A stretch of DNA of 64,000 bases from Lentisphaerae bacterium GWF2_49_21 (lineage in GTDB: Bacteria; Verrucomicrobiota; Lentisphaeria; Victivallales; GWF2-50-93), in NCBI GenBank assembly GCA_001804805.1, contig MHBH01000073.1, forward strand, positions 94,539 through 158,538. Reading direction: 5' to 3'. The notes under the pieces are model-generated. The model ran no database searches. It was not told where the DNA came from and saw only the letters and a program-made list of their open reading frames with translations. The position numbers were made by a program, and so were the translations under genes. Positions within the stretch are counted from its first letter, which is position 1; every line of letters starts with the position of its first letter. Positions 8,650 to 18,432 of the stretch are shown piece after piece.

Positions 8650-9038
8650 CTCCGGTTCTTCTTGATACATGCGCGCTGATATGGTGGACCTCCGATACAG
8701 GAAAGTTATCGGAAAAGGCCCTTGAAGCCTGTAACAGGATAAAAATCAGTGGGGCTGCGATTTCATCCATTTCCATATGGGAAATAGGGATGAAGATCAA
8801 GAACAAGAAAATTGACATGGGATGTTCAATTTCAGAACTTGTAAACAAACTTTATGAGATAGACAAGTTTGAGATTGTTCCTGTGGATGAAATAACGTGG
8901 TTGCAAAACCTCTCTCTTGAATGGGATCACAGGGATCCTGCGGACAGGACGATAGTGGCCACCGCAAAACTCAGGAATCTACCGATAATAACCAAGGATC
9001 CCCTGATCAGGAATTTCTATCCGAAGACCATCTGGTGA
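8646..9038 (+). CDS. PIN-domain toxin (VapC-like)
   Basis: Starts MTPVLLDTCALIWW (PIN N-terminal D), with a conserved …DPADR… acidic cluster. 4-nt overlap with the antitoxin. Confidence 0.65.
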   Translation: MTPVLLDTCALIWWTSDTGKLSEKALEACNRIKISGAAISSISIWEIGMKIKNKKIDMGCSISELVNKLYEIDKFEIVPVDEITWLQNLSLEWDHRDPADRTIVATAKLRNLPIITKDPLIRNFYPKTIW

Positions 9039-9039
9039 T

Positions 9040-9062
9040 AAATTTTCCCGTCGGGAAAATTT
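9040..9062. terminator. Bidirectional hairpin terminator between the convergent PIN and tkt genes
   Basis: aaattttcccg tc gggaaaattt is a perfect 10-bp palindrome with A/T runs on both sides. It sits between the stop at 9038 (+) and the stop at 9061 (-). Confidence 0.55.
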
Positions 9063-11058
9063 ATGACTGGAAATGGGCTTTAATACTTGAGACAACTTTT
9101 TCCGGAGTGAATCCGAACTTGTCCGCGAGCACCTTATACGGCGCGGACGCCCCGAAATGATCCAGCCCTATGCAGAGACCGTCGTCTCCTGCGAACGCCT
9201 TCCATCCAAATGTTGATCCCGCCTCAATGGTAACTCTCTTCCTGCATGAAGGAGGGAGTACCGAATCCCTGTATGATTTATCCTGCGCATTGAAAAGTTC
9301 GATGCACGGCATTGAAACTACCCTGACCCTCCTCCCTTCCTTCCTCAACAGATCTGCGGCCTTGAATGCAAGATTGACTTCAGAGCCAGTTGCAACCATG
9401 ACAAGGTCAAAACCCGCATCTTCACTGAGCACATAAGCTCCCTTTGAAACATCTATCTTCTTCACAAGTTCCGGAGGTATCGGCTCGAGATCCTGTCTTG
9501 TCAGAAGAAGAGCCACAGGTCCCTTCGCCTTCAATGCCACATTCCAGGCATGCGCCACTTCATTTGCCTCAGCCGGCCTTATCACTGTCATTCCGGGGAT
9601 AGTCCTTAGCATGACTATTTGTTCTATTGGCTCATGGGTCGGACCGTCTTCACCGACATAGAACGAATCATGGGTGAACACGTAAATTTCATGAAGGTTC
9701 TGGATGGCAGCGAGACGCAGGGCAGGCTTCATGTAGTCCGAGAATACGAAGAATGTCGCCGAATATGGTATGGAAGTGCCATAGAGAACCATTCCATTTG
9801 CCAGGAATCCCATTCCAAGTTCACGGACGCCAAAATGGAAATTCCTTCCGCTGCGGTCTGTAGCAGTGAAGCTTGTGGTGTTCTTGATATTGGTCTTGGT
9901 TGAAGGAGTAAGATCCGCGGCTCCTCCCATCAACGCAGGAACGAGATCAGCCACCTTGTTGAGCACCATTCCTCCGGAAACGCGGGTTGCAACAGGCTTG
10001 TCTACCGGAGCCGCCTTTATGAGTTCCTGAAGGATGTTTTCAGGAACGGTCTTGTTCATGAGGCTGGATATAAGCTTTGCGGAATCCTGGTTTTTCTCCA
10101 GGAATGACTGGAATTCCTTGTCCCATTTTGCCGCTTCAGAGGCAAGTTCCTGGCATCGCTTGGAGACAAAATCCTTTACTTCAGCCGGAACCGTGAAAGG
10201 AGGGTTGCTCAACATACCGAGTTTTGCCTTGGTTGCAGCGACTTCTTCTTCTCCTAGGGCTTCTCCATGGCATGAATGTTTTCCTGCCTTGTTTGGAGAA
10301 CCGAATCCTATGGTGGTCTTGCAGACGACAAAAGTGGGCCTCCCGTCGCTCTTCAATGCCTCTGCCAGCCCTTTATCGACTTTTGACAGGTCATTTGCAT
10401 TGTCAATCTTTATTACACGCCATCCGTAAGCCTCATATCTCATAGCGACATTTTCCGTGAAAGCCAGGGAAGTCGATCCTTCAATCGTAATGGAATTGTC
10501 GTCATAAAGGCAGATTATGTTGTCCAACTTAAGATGTCCGGCAAGTGATGCGGCCTCATGCGTAGTTCCCTCCATCATGCAACCATCGCTGGAAAGGATG
10601 TAAATTTTGTTGTTCATCAGGCTTGTCTTGTCCAGTTCGGTCCTAGCGGCGAAGTTTTTCGCGGCCATCGCCATTCCGACTCCTGTGGCGAATCCGCTGC
10701 CCAGAGGGCCAGTCGTGACTTCAACTCCCTCGGTATGGCCGAATTCAGGATGTCCGGGCGTCTTGCTGTCCCACTGGCGGAAGTTCTTGAGTTCTTCCAT
10801 GGGCATATTGTATTCGAAGAGATGGAGGAGGGTGTAGAGAAGAGGAGATCCATGTCCGGCGGAAAGGACGAACCGGTCGCGTCCGAGCCATTTGGGATTT
10901 TTCGGGTTGTGCTTCATGTATTTGTACCAGAGCAGGAATGCGAAATCCGCACATCCCATTGGCATTCCCGGATGACCCGACTTGGCCTTCTGCACGCCTT
11001 CTGCGGACAGCACTCTTATTGTATCAGCGGAAAGTTTTTCCAATCTGTAATCGCTCAT
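9061..11058 (-). CDS. tkt: Transketolase
   Basis: 665 aa. N-terminus …RVLSAEGVQKAKSGHPGMPMG…, then a TPP-binding GDG motif (SSDGCMMEG) and a C-terminal transketolase domain. Confidence 0.9.
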   Translation of the reverse strand: MSDYRLEKLSADTIRVLSAEGVQKAKSGHPGMPMGCADFAFLLWYKYMKHNPKNPKWLGRDRFVLSAGHGSPLLYTLLHLFEYNMPMEELKNFRQWDSKTPGHPEFGHTEGVEVTTGPLGSGFATGVGMAMAAKNFAARTELDKTSLMNNKIYILSSDGCMMEGTTHEAASLAGHLKLDNIICLYDDNSITIEGSTSLAFTENVAMRYEAYGWRVIKIDNANDLSKVDKGLAEALKSDGRPTFVVCKTTIGFGSPNKAGKHSCHGEALGEEEVAATKAKLGMLSNPPFTVPAEVKDFVSKRCQELASEAAKWDKEFQSFLEKNQDSAKLISSLMNKTVPENILQELIKAAPVDKPVATRVSGGMVLNKVADLVPALMGGAADLTPSTKTNIKNTTSFTATDRSGRNFHFGVRELGMGFLANGMVLYGTSIPYSATFFVFSDYMKPALRLAAIQNLHEIYVFTHDSFYVGEDGPTHEPIEQIVMLRTIPGMTVIRPAEANEVAHAWNVALKAKGPVALLLTRQDLEPIPPELVKKIDVSKGAYVLSEDAGFDLVMVATGSEVNLAFKAADLLRKEGRRVRVVSMPCIELFNAQDKSYRDSVLPPSCRKRVTIEAGSTFGWKAFAGDDGLCIGLDHFGASAPYKVLADKFGFTPEKVVSSIKAHFQS

Positions 11059-11178
11059 TTTTCAGAACCTTTCTTTAAAATGTGTCAAATATGCCTATTG
11101 TACTCAAGTTTACGTTATTTGAGAAACCAAGTACGATAATTTCCATTGCAGTTTTTGCAAATAGGAATCGGACCGATT

Positions 11179-12234
11179 ATGGACATAGAAAAAGAGAGAT
11201 TCATAACATCCTCGCTGAACAAGAAGGACGTGGAGTTCGACAACAGCCTGCGTCCGGCTGTGTTCAACTCGTTTCCCGGGCAGGTCAAGGTCAAGGAAAG
11301 GCTCCAGCTTTTCATAGATGCCGCGAACAAGCGCAAGGATCCTCTCGGGCATATTCTTCTCAGTGGTCCTCCCGGACTTGGCAAGACCACCCTGGCATAC
11401 ATAATAGCCAATGAGAAAGGCGCGAAAATAAAGACTTCCAGCGGGCCCGTGATCGAGAAGCCTGCGGATCTCGCAGGCCTCCTGAGCTCGCTTGAGGAAG
11501 GGGATGTCCTTTTCATTGATGAGATACACAGGCTGAATACGGTCGTGGAGGAGTTCCTATACAGTGCGATGGAGGATTTTTTCATCGACATAATGCTGGA
11601 CCAGGGACCGGGAGCGAGGGCAATAAGGCTGAACCTGCAGCGTTTCACCCTGATCGGGGCTACTACAAGGTCAGGACTCCTTTCATCCCCGTTGAGATCC
11701 CGTTTTGCCCTTTCCTGCAGGCTTGATTATTATTTCCCGGAGGATCTCAATAAGATAATCCACAGGTCCGCCAAGATCCTCAAGATCAAGATCGATGAGG
11801 AAGGGGCGATGGAGATCGCCCGGAGAAGCCGCGGAACCCCCAGGATCTCAAACCATCTTCTCTCATGGTCGAGAGATTACGCGCAGGTGAAGGCGAACAA
11901 CAAGATTGACAAGGAAGTGGCCTCGGCCGCTCTTGAAATGTTTGATATCGACAAGGACGGGCTCGATGAGATGGACAACAGGATCCTCGAGGCCCTGGTA
12001 CATAAGTTCGGAGGACGTCCGGTAGGAATAAAGAATCTTGCCGTGGCTGTCGGCGAAGAGGAAGGGACAATAGAGGAAGTCTATGAACCTTTCCTTATAC
12101 AGGAGGGGTACATACAGAGGACGCCCCAGGGGAGGATTGTGACTCCGAAGACTCTCGAGAGGCTTGGAATCGACAGCCTTCCGGAGATAAAACGCCGGAA
12201 ATCTGCTGATGACAAGCAGATGAAACTATTCTAA
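11179..12234 (+). CDS. ruvB: Holliday junction branch-migration helicase RuvB
   Basis: Walker A LSGPPGLGKTTLA, then DEIHRL and a RuvB C-terminal winged helix. The track ORF starts at a TTG (11146). I preferred the ATG at 11179, preceded by AGGAA. Confidence 0.85.
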   Translation: MDIEKERFITSSLNKKDVEFDNSLRPAVFNSFPGQVKVKERLQLFIDAANKRKDPLGHILLSGPPGLGKTTLAYIIANEKGAKIKTSSGPVIEKPADLAGLLSSLEEGDVLFIDEIHRLNTVVEEFLYSAMEDFFIDIMLDQGPGARAIRLNLQRFTLIGATTRSGLLSSPLRSRFALSCRLDYYFPEDLNKIIHRSAKILKIKIDEEGAMEIARRSRGTPRISNHLLSWSRDYAQVKANNKIDKEVASAALEMFDIDKDGLDEMDNRILEALVHKFGGRPVGIKNLAVAVGEEEGTIEEVYEPFLIQEGYIQRTPQGRIVTPKTLERLGIDSLPEIKRRKSADDKQMKLF

Positions 12235-12235
12235 A

Positions 12236-12260
12236 CGGGCTTCGGCCCGTTTTTTTTTTG
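12236..12260 (+). terminator. Rho-independent terminator after ruvB
   Basis: gggcttcggccc stem followed by T10. It starts 2 nt after the ruvB stop. Confidence 0.8.
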
Positions 12261-12278
12261 GGTTTGATTCAATAAAAA

Positions 12279-12296
12279 CCACAGAGGACTCAGAGG
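12279..12296 (+). repeat. Left arm of the 18-bp inverted repeat bracketing the GxxExxY gene
   Basis: ccacagaggactcagagg. The reverse complement of 12762-12779 is ccacagagagctcagagg, a 16 of 18 match. Confidence 0.55.
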
Positions 12297-12331
12297 GGAA
12301 ATGGAATTATTATATAGGGAGAGTTTTCTCT

Positions 12332-12721
12332 GTGAACTCATACGATGAAAAATATCCTTTAAAAGATATAACTGAGAAAATTATTTCAGCGGCGATTGAA
12401 GTCCATTCAACATTGGGACCAGGACTTCTTGAAAGCGTATACGAGGAAGCCTTGGCATATGAGTTTGATTTAAGAAAAATTAACTATGAACGACAGAAGC
12501 AAATAAATTTGAGATACAAAGGGAAGGCGATTGGAATTCATAGAATAGATTTTTTAATTGAAGATTCTGTAATATTAGAACTGAAAGCAGTTGAGAGCAT
12601 GAACAAGATTTTTGAAGCACAGGTGCTTACATATTTGAATGCAACAGATAAAAAAGTCGGTTTGCTGATTAATTTCAATGTTCAAAGACTGAAAGATGGA
12701 TTAAAGAGATTGGTAGTTTAG
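12332..12721 (+). CDS. GxxExxY-family protein (PD-(D/E)XK-like)
   Basis: 129 aa with the family hallmark …GPGLLESVYEEAL…. Compact gene flanked by inverted repeats. Confidence 0.75.
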   Translation: MNSYDEKYPLKDITEKIISAAIEVHSTLGPGLLESVYEEALAYEFDLRKINYERQKQINLRYKGKAIGIHRIDFLIEDSVILELKAVESMNKIFEAQVLTYLNATDKKVGLLINFNVQRLKDGLKRLVV

Positions 12722-12761
12722 AGGGCACAGAGAAGAGTTAATTCAAAAATAAATTAAATAT

Positions 12762-12779
12762 CCTCTGAGCTCTCTGTGG
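12762..12779 (+). repeat. Right arm of the inverted repeat bracketing the GxxExxY gene
   Basis: cctctgagctctctgtgg, the reverse complement of the left arm with 2 mismatches. Confidence 0.55.
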
Positions 12780-12817
12780 TGAATATTTCGGATTAAAACT
12801 AAAAAGGAGTACATATA

Positions 12818-13531
12818 ATGAAACAATGGATTACAGACCTGCTTGCCTTGCAGGAGGTTGATTTGAGGATTCGCGGGCTCAAGACAAGGCTTTCACTGGT
12901 TCCCGAGGAGATTGCGAAGATAGACAGGGAATTTGAAAACGAGAAGACCAAGGTCTCGCAGGCCAAGGAGGCAATGCTTGCGATCGAGCTCGAAATAAAG
13001 AAGAAGGAATCGGAGATAAAGGAACAGAACGAGCTGACGAAGAAATACCAGACGCAGTCGGCGATGATCAAGAAGAATGAAGAATACCGCGCAATGATGA
13101 ATGAGATCGAAGGTGTTAAGAAAAAGATAGGCGAAATTGAGACGGAGGAGCTTGTGCTCATGGAGAAGATCGAAGCTGCAAGAAATGTCTTCAGATCTGA
13201 GGAGAAGATATACAAGGACAGGGAAAAGGCCATTGTCGATGAGAAGAACGAGCTTAAGGAGCTCGAGGGGAAATTGAAGGCCGAAATTGAAAAACAGAAG
13301 TCCTCCAGGGCGGAAGTGGCGGCCAAAGTGACTCCGGATGTCATGTCTGTCTATACCAGGATGCTTGGAAAGAACAAGGGAACTCCTTTTGCCGAAGTCC
13401 ATCAGGGGATATGCGGCAACTGCCATTTGAAACTCACCCCCCAGACCATAAATTCCGTGAGGAAGGAAATGCAGGTATACTGCGACAATTGCGGTCATCT
13501 GGTCTACACAACAGAAACTGGTTCAGACTGA
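12818..13531 (+). CDS. COG1579-type coiled-coil protein with a C-terminal C4 zinc ribbon
   Basis: 237 aa. A long coiled coil rich in Glu and Lys, then CGNCHLKL…CDNCGHLVY. Confidence 0.7.
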   Translation: MKQWITDLLALQEVDLRIRGLKTRLSLVPEEIAKIDREFENEKTKVSQAKEAMLAIELEIKKKESEIKEQNELTKKYQTQSAMIKKNEEYRAMMNEIEGVKKKIGEIETEELVLMEKIEAARNVFRSEEKIYKDREKAIVDEKNELKELEGKLKAEIEKQKSSRAEVAAKVTPDVMSVYTRMLGKNKGTPFAEVHQGICGNCHLKLTPQTINSVRKEMQVYCDNCGHLVYTTETGSD

Positions 13532-13533
13532 AC

Positions 13534-14343
13534 ATGCCGGATACTCTGAAAGATATCTGCTGGTTCATGGAAGTTGCCTATGACGGCACGGATTTTTCCG
13601 GATGGCAGGTCCAGCCGGACAGCATCACCGTCCAGCAGGTGCTTGAGGAGAAACTCGGCATAATCTATGCAAACCAGCTGATACACACCGATTCGAGCGG
13701 AAGGACGGACGCCGGAGTCCATGCCATCGGACAGACGGTCACATTCCGGGCGCCGGGACGTCCTATCGTGCAGGACTGGAAGCTCTACAAGGCCCTGAAC
13801 AGGATGCTTCCACAGACCTTGAGGATCAGGGAGGTCATGGAAGTAGATGAAAAGTTCCACGCAAGATTCTCAGCCGTAGGCAAGGCCTATACCTACGTCA
13901 TCAACAGAGGACTGCCAAGCCCGTTTTCCGACAGATGGAGCTGGAACATCAGTGATTTTTCAGATCTCTGCGAACTTCGCAAGGCCGCAGACTGCCTGAC
14001 CGGGGTGCATGATTTTTCATCGTTTACCGTCGACAGGAAGGAAATAGACGATGCAGTGAGGACGATCTACCGGATAGAGATACATGAATTCGGTGATCTC
14101 GTTTGCATGACTTTTGTCGGAGACGGATTCCTCTACAAGATGATACGGAGCCTCATGGGTACTCTTGCTTTTGTCGGGACTGGGAAAGTCAAGGCCGTGG
14201 AAGTGAAGGATATTCTTGAAAGCAGGAAGAGGACTTCAGCTTATGACACCGCTCCTGCACAGGGGCTTTTCCTGATGAAAGTATTCTACGACGACAAATC
14301 GATGAAGAAATTCAAACTGGAAAAACCTCCGTTCTGGGCCTGA
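13534..14343 (+). CDS. truA: tRNA pseudouridine(38-40) synthase TruA
   Basis: MPDTLKDICWFMEVAYDGTDFSGWQVQPD…RTDAGVHA, the TruA catalytic-Asp motif. I used the internal ATG directly after the upstream stop. The track's 5' extension overlaps the previous gene. Confidence 0.85.
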   Translation: MPDTLKDICWFMEVAYDGTDFSGWQVQPDSITVQQVLEEKLGIIYANQLIHTDSSGRTDAGVHAIGQTVTFRAPGRPIVQDWKLYKALNRMLPQTLRIREVMEVDEKFHARFSAVGKAYTYVINRGLPSPFSDRWSWNISDFSDLCELRKAADCLTGVHDFSSFTVDRKEIDDAVRTIYRIEIHEFGDLVCMTFVGDGFLYKMIRSLMGTLAFVGTGKVKAVEVKDILESRKRTSAYDTAPAQGLFLMKVFYDDKSMKKFKLEKPPFWA

Positions 14344-14470
14344 GTAACTCGGGCATTCCTGCCCGAAGAGTTTGATAAATTCAGATTCGCCCCGTATTAC
14401 CCTTGCAAATCTGCGCATAAGGATGATATTAACCCTTGCATATGTTCAATTGATATAAAAGGGAACGCTG

Positions 14471-15838
14471 ATGAGACGCTTGGCAATGGAATATTTAGTG
14501 TCATGGAAAGATAATCCACGGCGCAAACCTTTAGTTCTAAGGGGAGCCCGCCAGGTGGGGAAATCCTATCTTGCCAGAAAATTCGCCGAATCTCACATGG
14601 CTGGAATAGCCGAAATTAATTTTGAAAAAAATCCGGAAGCCGGAGATTTATTTACCGACAAGTCACCCGTGAAGATATTACCGCGGCTGGAGATTCTTAC
14701 CGGAATTAAGATCATTCCTGGAGAAACACTTCTTTTTTTGGATGAAATACAGGCGGTGCCTGAAGTATTCGCGTCTCTCCGTTACTTCTATGAGAATCTG
14801 CCATCATTACACATAATTGCAGCCGGATCATTATTGGAGTTTGTCCTTCGCGAACATGAGTTCTTCATGCCGGTAGGAAGAATTGAATATCTGCATCTGG
14901 GGACAGTCACCTATGAAGAATATCTGGTCGCATCAGGCAGGGCGCATCTTGCCGAGTTTCTAGGTCAATATGAAATTGGGAATGAGCTTCCACTTCCTTT
15001 TCATGAACAGTTGATGGGGGCATTCCGCGAGTATCTGGTAATCGGAGGAATGCCTGAATCCATACAAGCGTTCTTGGATTCTTCATCCTTCCTTGAATCA
15101 GACAAGGTGAAACAGGCGATACTTTCCACATATCAGGATGATTTCAGAAAATATGGGGCAAGAGTCAATATACAAAGGCTACGCCATGTATTTCAAAAAC
15201 TTCCAATGCTTGTGGGAGGCAAATTCATGCACAGCCGTGTTGACAATGAAGCGCAGGCTAGGGACATAGGAGATGCATTGCGCATGCTCTGTCTTGCCCG
15301 TGTTGCATACAAGGTCTGCCATTCATCCTGCAATGGAATCCCTGTCTCTGCGGAAATCGACGACAAAAAATTCAAAGTATTATTCCTCGATGTCGGACTG
15401 CTTTGCCGCGCATGTGGACTAGGGCTGCTTGAATTTGAAAAAGCCCAGGACATAATGCTGGTGAATTCGGGATCAGTATGCGAACAGTTCATAGGACAGC
15501 ATCTCCTGTATTCGAAACAGTTCTTCGAGGAACCGGAACTGAATTACTGGAGCCGGGAAAAACGTCAATCCTCAGCTGAAGTGGATTATATTCTGTCGCA
15601 GGGGAACCATATTATTCCCGTAGAAGTAAAGGCCGGGAAGACAGGACGTTTAAAATCACTGCATGTTTTCCTGAAAGAGAAAAAACTCGGATTCGGGATC
15701 CGCTTCAATGCGGATTTGCCGTCATTGCTTGATACCACTGCGGTATTGCCGGATGAAAAATCCCTTGACTACCGTCTTTTGTCACTCCCACTTTATATGG
15801 TTGGACAAGTACGCCGTCTGATAAGGAGTTCGATATGA
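14471..15838 (+). CDS. AAA+ ATPase with a DUF4143 domain (AAA_14 family)
   Basis: P-loop GARQVGKSYLA, a Walker B LLFLDEIQ, and a C-terminal DUF4143-like region ending in the restriction-endonuclease-like EVDYIL…IPVEVK. Confidence 0.7.
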   Translation: MRRLAMEYLVSWKDNPRRKPLVLRGARQVGKSYLARKFAESHMAGIAEINFEKNPEAGDLFTDKSPVKILPRLEILTGIKIIPGETLLFLDEIQAVPEVFASLRYFYENLPSLHIIAAGSLLEFVLREHEFFMPVGRIEYLHLGTVTYEEYLVASGRAHLAEFLGQYEIGNELPLPFHEQLMGAFREYLVIGGMPESIQAFLDSSSFLESDKVKQAILSTYQDDFRKYGARVNIQRLRHVFQKLPMLVGGKFMHSRVDNEAQARDIGDALRMLCLARVAYKVCHSSCNGIPVSAEIDDKKFKVLFLDVGLLCRACGLGLLEFEKAQDIMLVNSGSVCEQFIGQHLLYSKQFFEEPELNYWSREKRQSSAEVDYILSQGNHIIPVEVKAGKTGRLKSLHVFLKEKKLGFGIRFNADLPSLLDTTAVLPDEKSLDYRLLSLPLYMVGQVRRLIRSSI

Positions 15839-17067
15839 AAATATCAATACTTAGCATTGGCGATGAGCTTCTCCGGGGGTCGACCACTAACACGAATCTT
15901 GCGGCAATAGGCAGGGAGCTTGGGGCGATCGCCCTGTTTCCCGTCATGGAAATGGCGGCGAAGGACGCCAAGGATGATATTCTCGATGCACTCGGTATTC
16001 TTTTCGAAAGATCTGACCTGATTATTTCGACCGGCGGCCTTGGTCCGACTTCAGATGACGTCACTAAGAACGTTGTTGCGGAATATTTCGGACTGAATCT
16101 CCATGAAGATGCGAAGATCGCAGACAGGATAAGGACTTTCTGGTCGGCGCGAAGATTTGGAAAAATGCCGGAGAACGTACTTAATCAGGCTCTTGTTCCT
16201 GACGGGGCGAAGGTTATTGAAAACAAGACAGGAACCGCACCGGGGCTTATCATTGAAAGTAGGAAACTGAAAAAGACGATAATCATGCTTCCAGGCCCTC
16301 CCCACGAGATGTATCCGATGCTGATGGAATCGGTGATCCCCTATCTGAGTTCGACATCAAAGGAAAAACTTTACACGGAGATCATCTATCTCTCGGGCAT
16401 TCCTGAGTCATGCGTCGAGCAGAAGGCTGCGCCGATTGCTTCTTCTGCGCCGGGGCTTTCAATAGCCTACTGCGCCTCCCCCGAATCCATAAAGGTATTC
16501 CTGAGCGGCAGGGACATGGCACTTGTAGCCAAAAAAATGAACCTGATCAAAAAAGAGCTCGGGGAATTCCTCCTTTCCGGCGATGCAAAGACGATAGCCG
16601 AGGAAATAATTTTTCTTTTGTCCAAAAGAAAAATTATGCTTGGGATTGCCGAATCCTGTACTGGAGGGATGATTGCCTCGGCCATCACTGATGTTCCAGG
16701 CTCATCGGATGTATTTTCAGGATCCGCCGTCGTATACAGCAATGCATGGAAGATGAAAATACTCGGAGTTAAAAAGGGAACCTTGGAGAAATACGGGGCG
16801 GTGAGCGGTCAATGTGCCAAGGAGATGGTTGAAGGTGCCTGTAAAAAGTTCAATACCGCTTCCGGGATATCAGTTACAGGTATAGCTGGTCCTGCGGGGG
16901 GGACTGTTGAAAAACCGGTCGGACTTGTGTTCATTGCCACAAGATATGAGGGGAAGACTGTTGTCGAACAATATAATTTCCCCGGCACCAGGGACATGGT
17001 CCGAAGAAGGGCTGTTTCTTCCGCCCTGAATCAGCTTCGGAAGCAGATAATTTCCTGTTCGGCATAA
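15835..17067 (+). CDS. cinA: CinA-family protein (MoCF-binding domain at the N-terminus, CinA/NMN deamidase domain at the C-terminus)
   Basis: MKISILSIGDELLRG…TGGLGPTSDD at the N-terminus, and …GIAESCTGGMIA…VSVTGIAGP at the C-terminus. Confidence 0.8.
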   Translation: MKISILSIGDELLRGSTTNTNLAAIGRELGAIALFPVMEMAAKDAKDDILDALGILFERSDLIISTGGLGPTSDDVTKNVVAEYFGLNLHEDAKIADRIRTFWSARRFGKMPENVLNQALVPDGAKVIENKTGTAPGLIIESRKLKKTIIMLPGPPHEMYPMLMESVIPYLSSTSKEKLYTEIIYLSGIPESCVEQKAAPIASSAPGLSIAYCASPESIKVFLSGRDMALVAKKMNLIKKELGEFLLSGDAKTIAEEIIFLLSKRKIMLGIAESCTGGMIASAITDVPGSSDVFSGSAVVYSNAWKMKILGVKKGTLEKYGAVSGQCAKEMVEGACKKFNTASGISVTGIAGPAGGTVEKPVGLVFIATRYEGKTVVEQYNFPGTRDMVRRRAVSSALNQLRKQIISCSA

Positions 17068-17214
17068 CATTATGCCTTTCCTGCAGTTATAACAGATTTG
17101 AATGGTAAACAAATCAAGGAGGTCTAAAATCTTGGCGAAAATTCAGTAAAGTGCACTTGACATATAATCCATCATATTGTAAAGTACAGTTGTCTAAATT
17201 AAGATATAGGAGGA

Positions 17215-18426
17215 GTGCACATGCTTGAGGAACTGTTCTACATCCATAGGAGAACTGTCGAGGATGTCCCCTTGAAATTCAAGAGGTATCTCCATGGCAG
17301 AATAGATTGGAATTCCTTACATGTCTGCATAACAGGATATCGTGGCACGGGCAAGACCACAATGCTTTTGCAGCATTATGCGGAAAAATACAAAGATGTT
17401 GAGAAATGTCTCTATGTGTCGGCGGACAATGTGGAGGTTTCGGCAATTGGTCTTTTCAGAATTGCCAGCGAATATTTCAAATTCGGCGGCGAAGCGATCA
17501 TAATTGATGAAATCCACAAGTATCCGGATTGGGAGATAGAGCTGAAAAACATAATAGACACTTTCAAGGGAAAGCGCGTCCTGGTGTCCGGAAGCTCATC
17601 CCTCCATCTCAAAATGGGGAAGGCCGATCTTTCAAGAAGGGTTGTGTATTACAATCTGCAGGAGCTTTCATTCAGGGAATATCTTGAACTCAAGGAGGGG
17701 TTGCTGTTCCCCGCGCTGTCACTCGATGATATCATCGGGCATCATGTGAAAATCTCGGGAGATCTTTCAAAGGGCAGGCCGATTCTGAAATATTTCAGGA
17801 ATTATTTGTCGACAGGAGCCTATCCTTTCATAATGGAGGGAGAGCCTACATATCTCTCAAGATTGCTGAATGTGATCGAAAAAGTAATATACGAGGACAT
17901 TGCCGTGGCCGGCGACATGAAACAGTCCAGCATCCCGGTCCTCAAGAAGATCCTGTGGCTTATAGCAAGCTCCGTCCCCTTCCAGGTTAACATAGACAAG
18001 ATGAGCAGGGAGATAGGGATATCAAAGGAATACCTGTATAACTATCTTGAGTATCTGGACAGGGCTGGAATGATAAATTCAATCGCCTCGGAGGGCAGGG
18101 GATACAGGCTGGTGCGCAAGCCTTCGAAAATCCTCATGGCGAACAGCAATATCCTGTTTGCGATAAACAGTTCAATGATGTCCGAGGCGGTAAAAGGGAC
18201 GGTAAGGGAGACCTTCTTTGTAAGCCAGACAGGGAACATCTGCAAGACGACACTCTCCGATGAAGGTGACTTCAGGGTCAATGACAGGTATGTCTTTGAA
18301 ATCGGAGGTCCGGGAAAAGGTGACGATCAAATCAAGGGGATTGACGATTCATATATTGCAGCCGATGGAATAGAAGTGGGATTCGGCAATAAAATCCCAT
18401 TATATCTTTTCGGATTCCTATATTGA
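17215..18426 (+). CDS. AAA+ ATPase with a DUF4143 domain, second paralogue
   Basis: P-loop GYRGTGKTTML, a Walker B IIIDEIHK, and a C-terminal DUF4143-like region. Strong SD aggagg 8 nt upstream. Confidence 0.7.
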   Translation: MHMLEELFYIHRRTVEDVPLKFKRYLHGRIDWNSLHVCITGYRGTGKTTMLLQHYAEKYKDVEKCLYVSADNVEVSAIGLFRIASEYFKFGGEAIIIDEIHKYPDWEIELKNIIDTFKGKRVLVSGSSSLHLKMGKADLSRRVVYYNLQELSFREYLELKEGLLFPALSLDDIIGHHVKISGDLSKGRPILKYFRNYLSTGAYPFIMEGEPTYLSRLLNVIEKVIYEDIAVAGDMKQSSIPVLKKILWLIASSVPFQVNIDKMSREIGISKEYLYNYLEYLDRAGMINSIASEGRGYRLVRKPSKILMANSNILFAINSSMMSEAVKGTVRETFFVSQTGNICKTTLSDEGDFRVNDRYVFEIGGPGKGDDQIKGIDDSYIAADGIEVGFGNKIPLYLFGFLY

Positions 18427-18432
18427 CAAGCC

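Noticed and set aside
12799-13498. Minus-strand ORFs (181 aa and 201 aa) overlapping the COG1579 coiled-coil gene
   Set aside because: They are low-complexity Ser/Phe/Leu-rich mirror translations of the Glu/Lys-rich coiled-coil gene. They have no motifs, and the plus-strand gene has a clear zinc ribbon.
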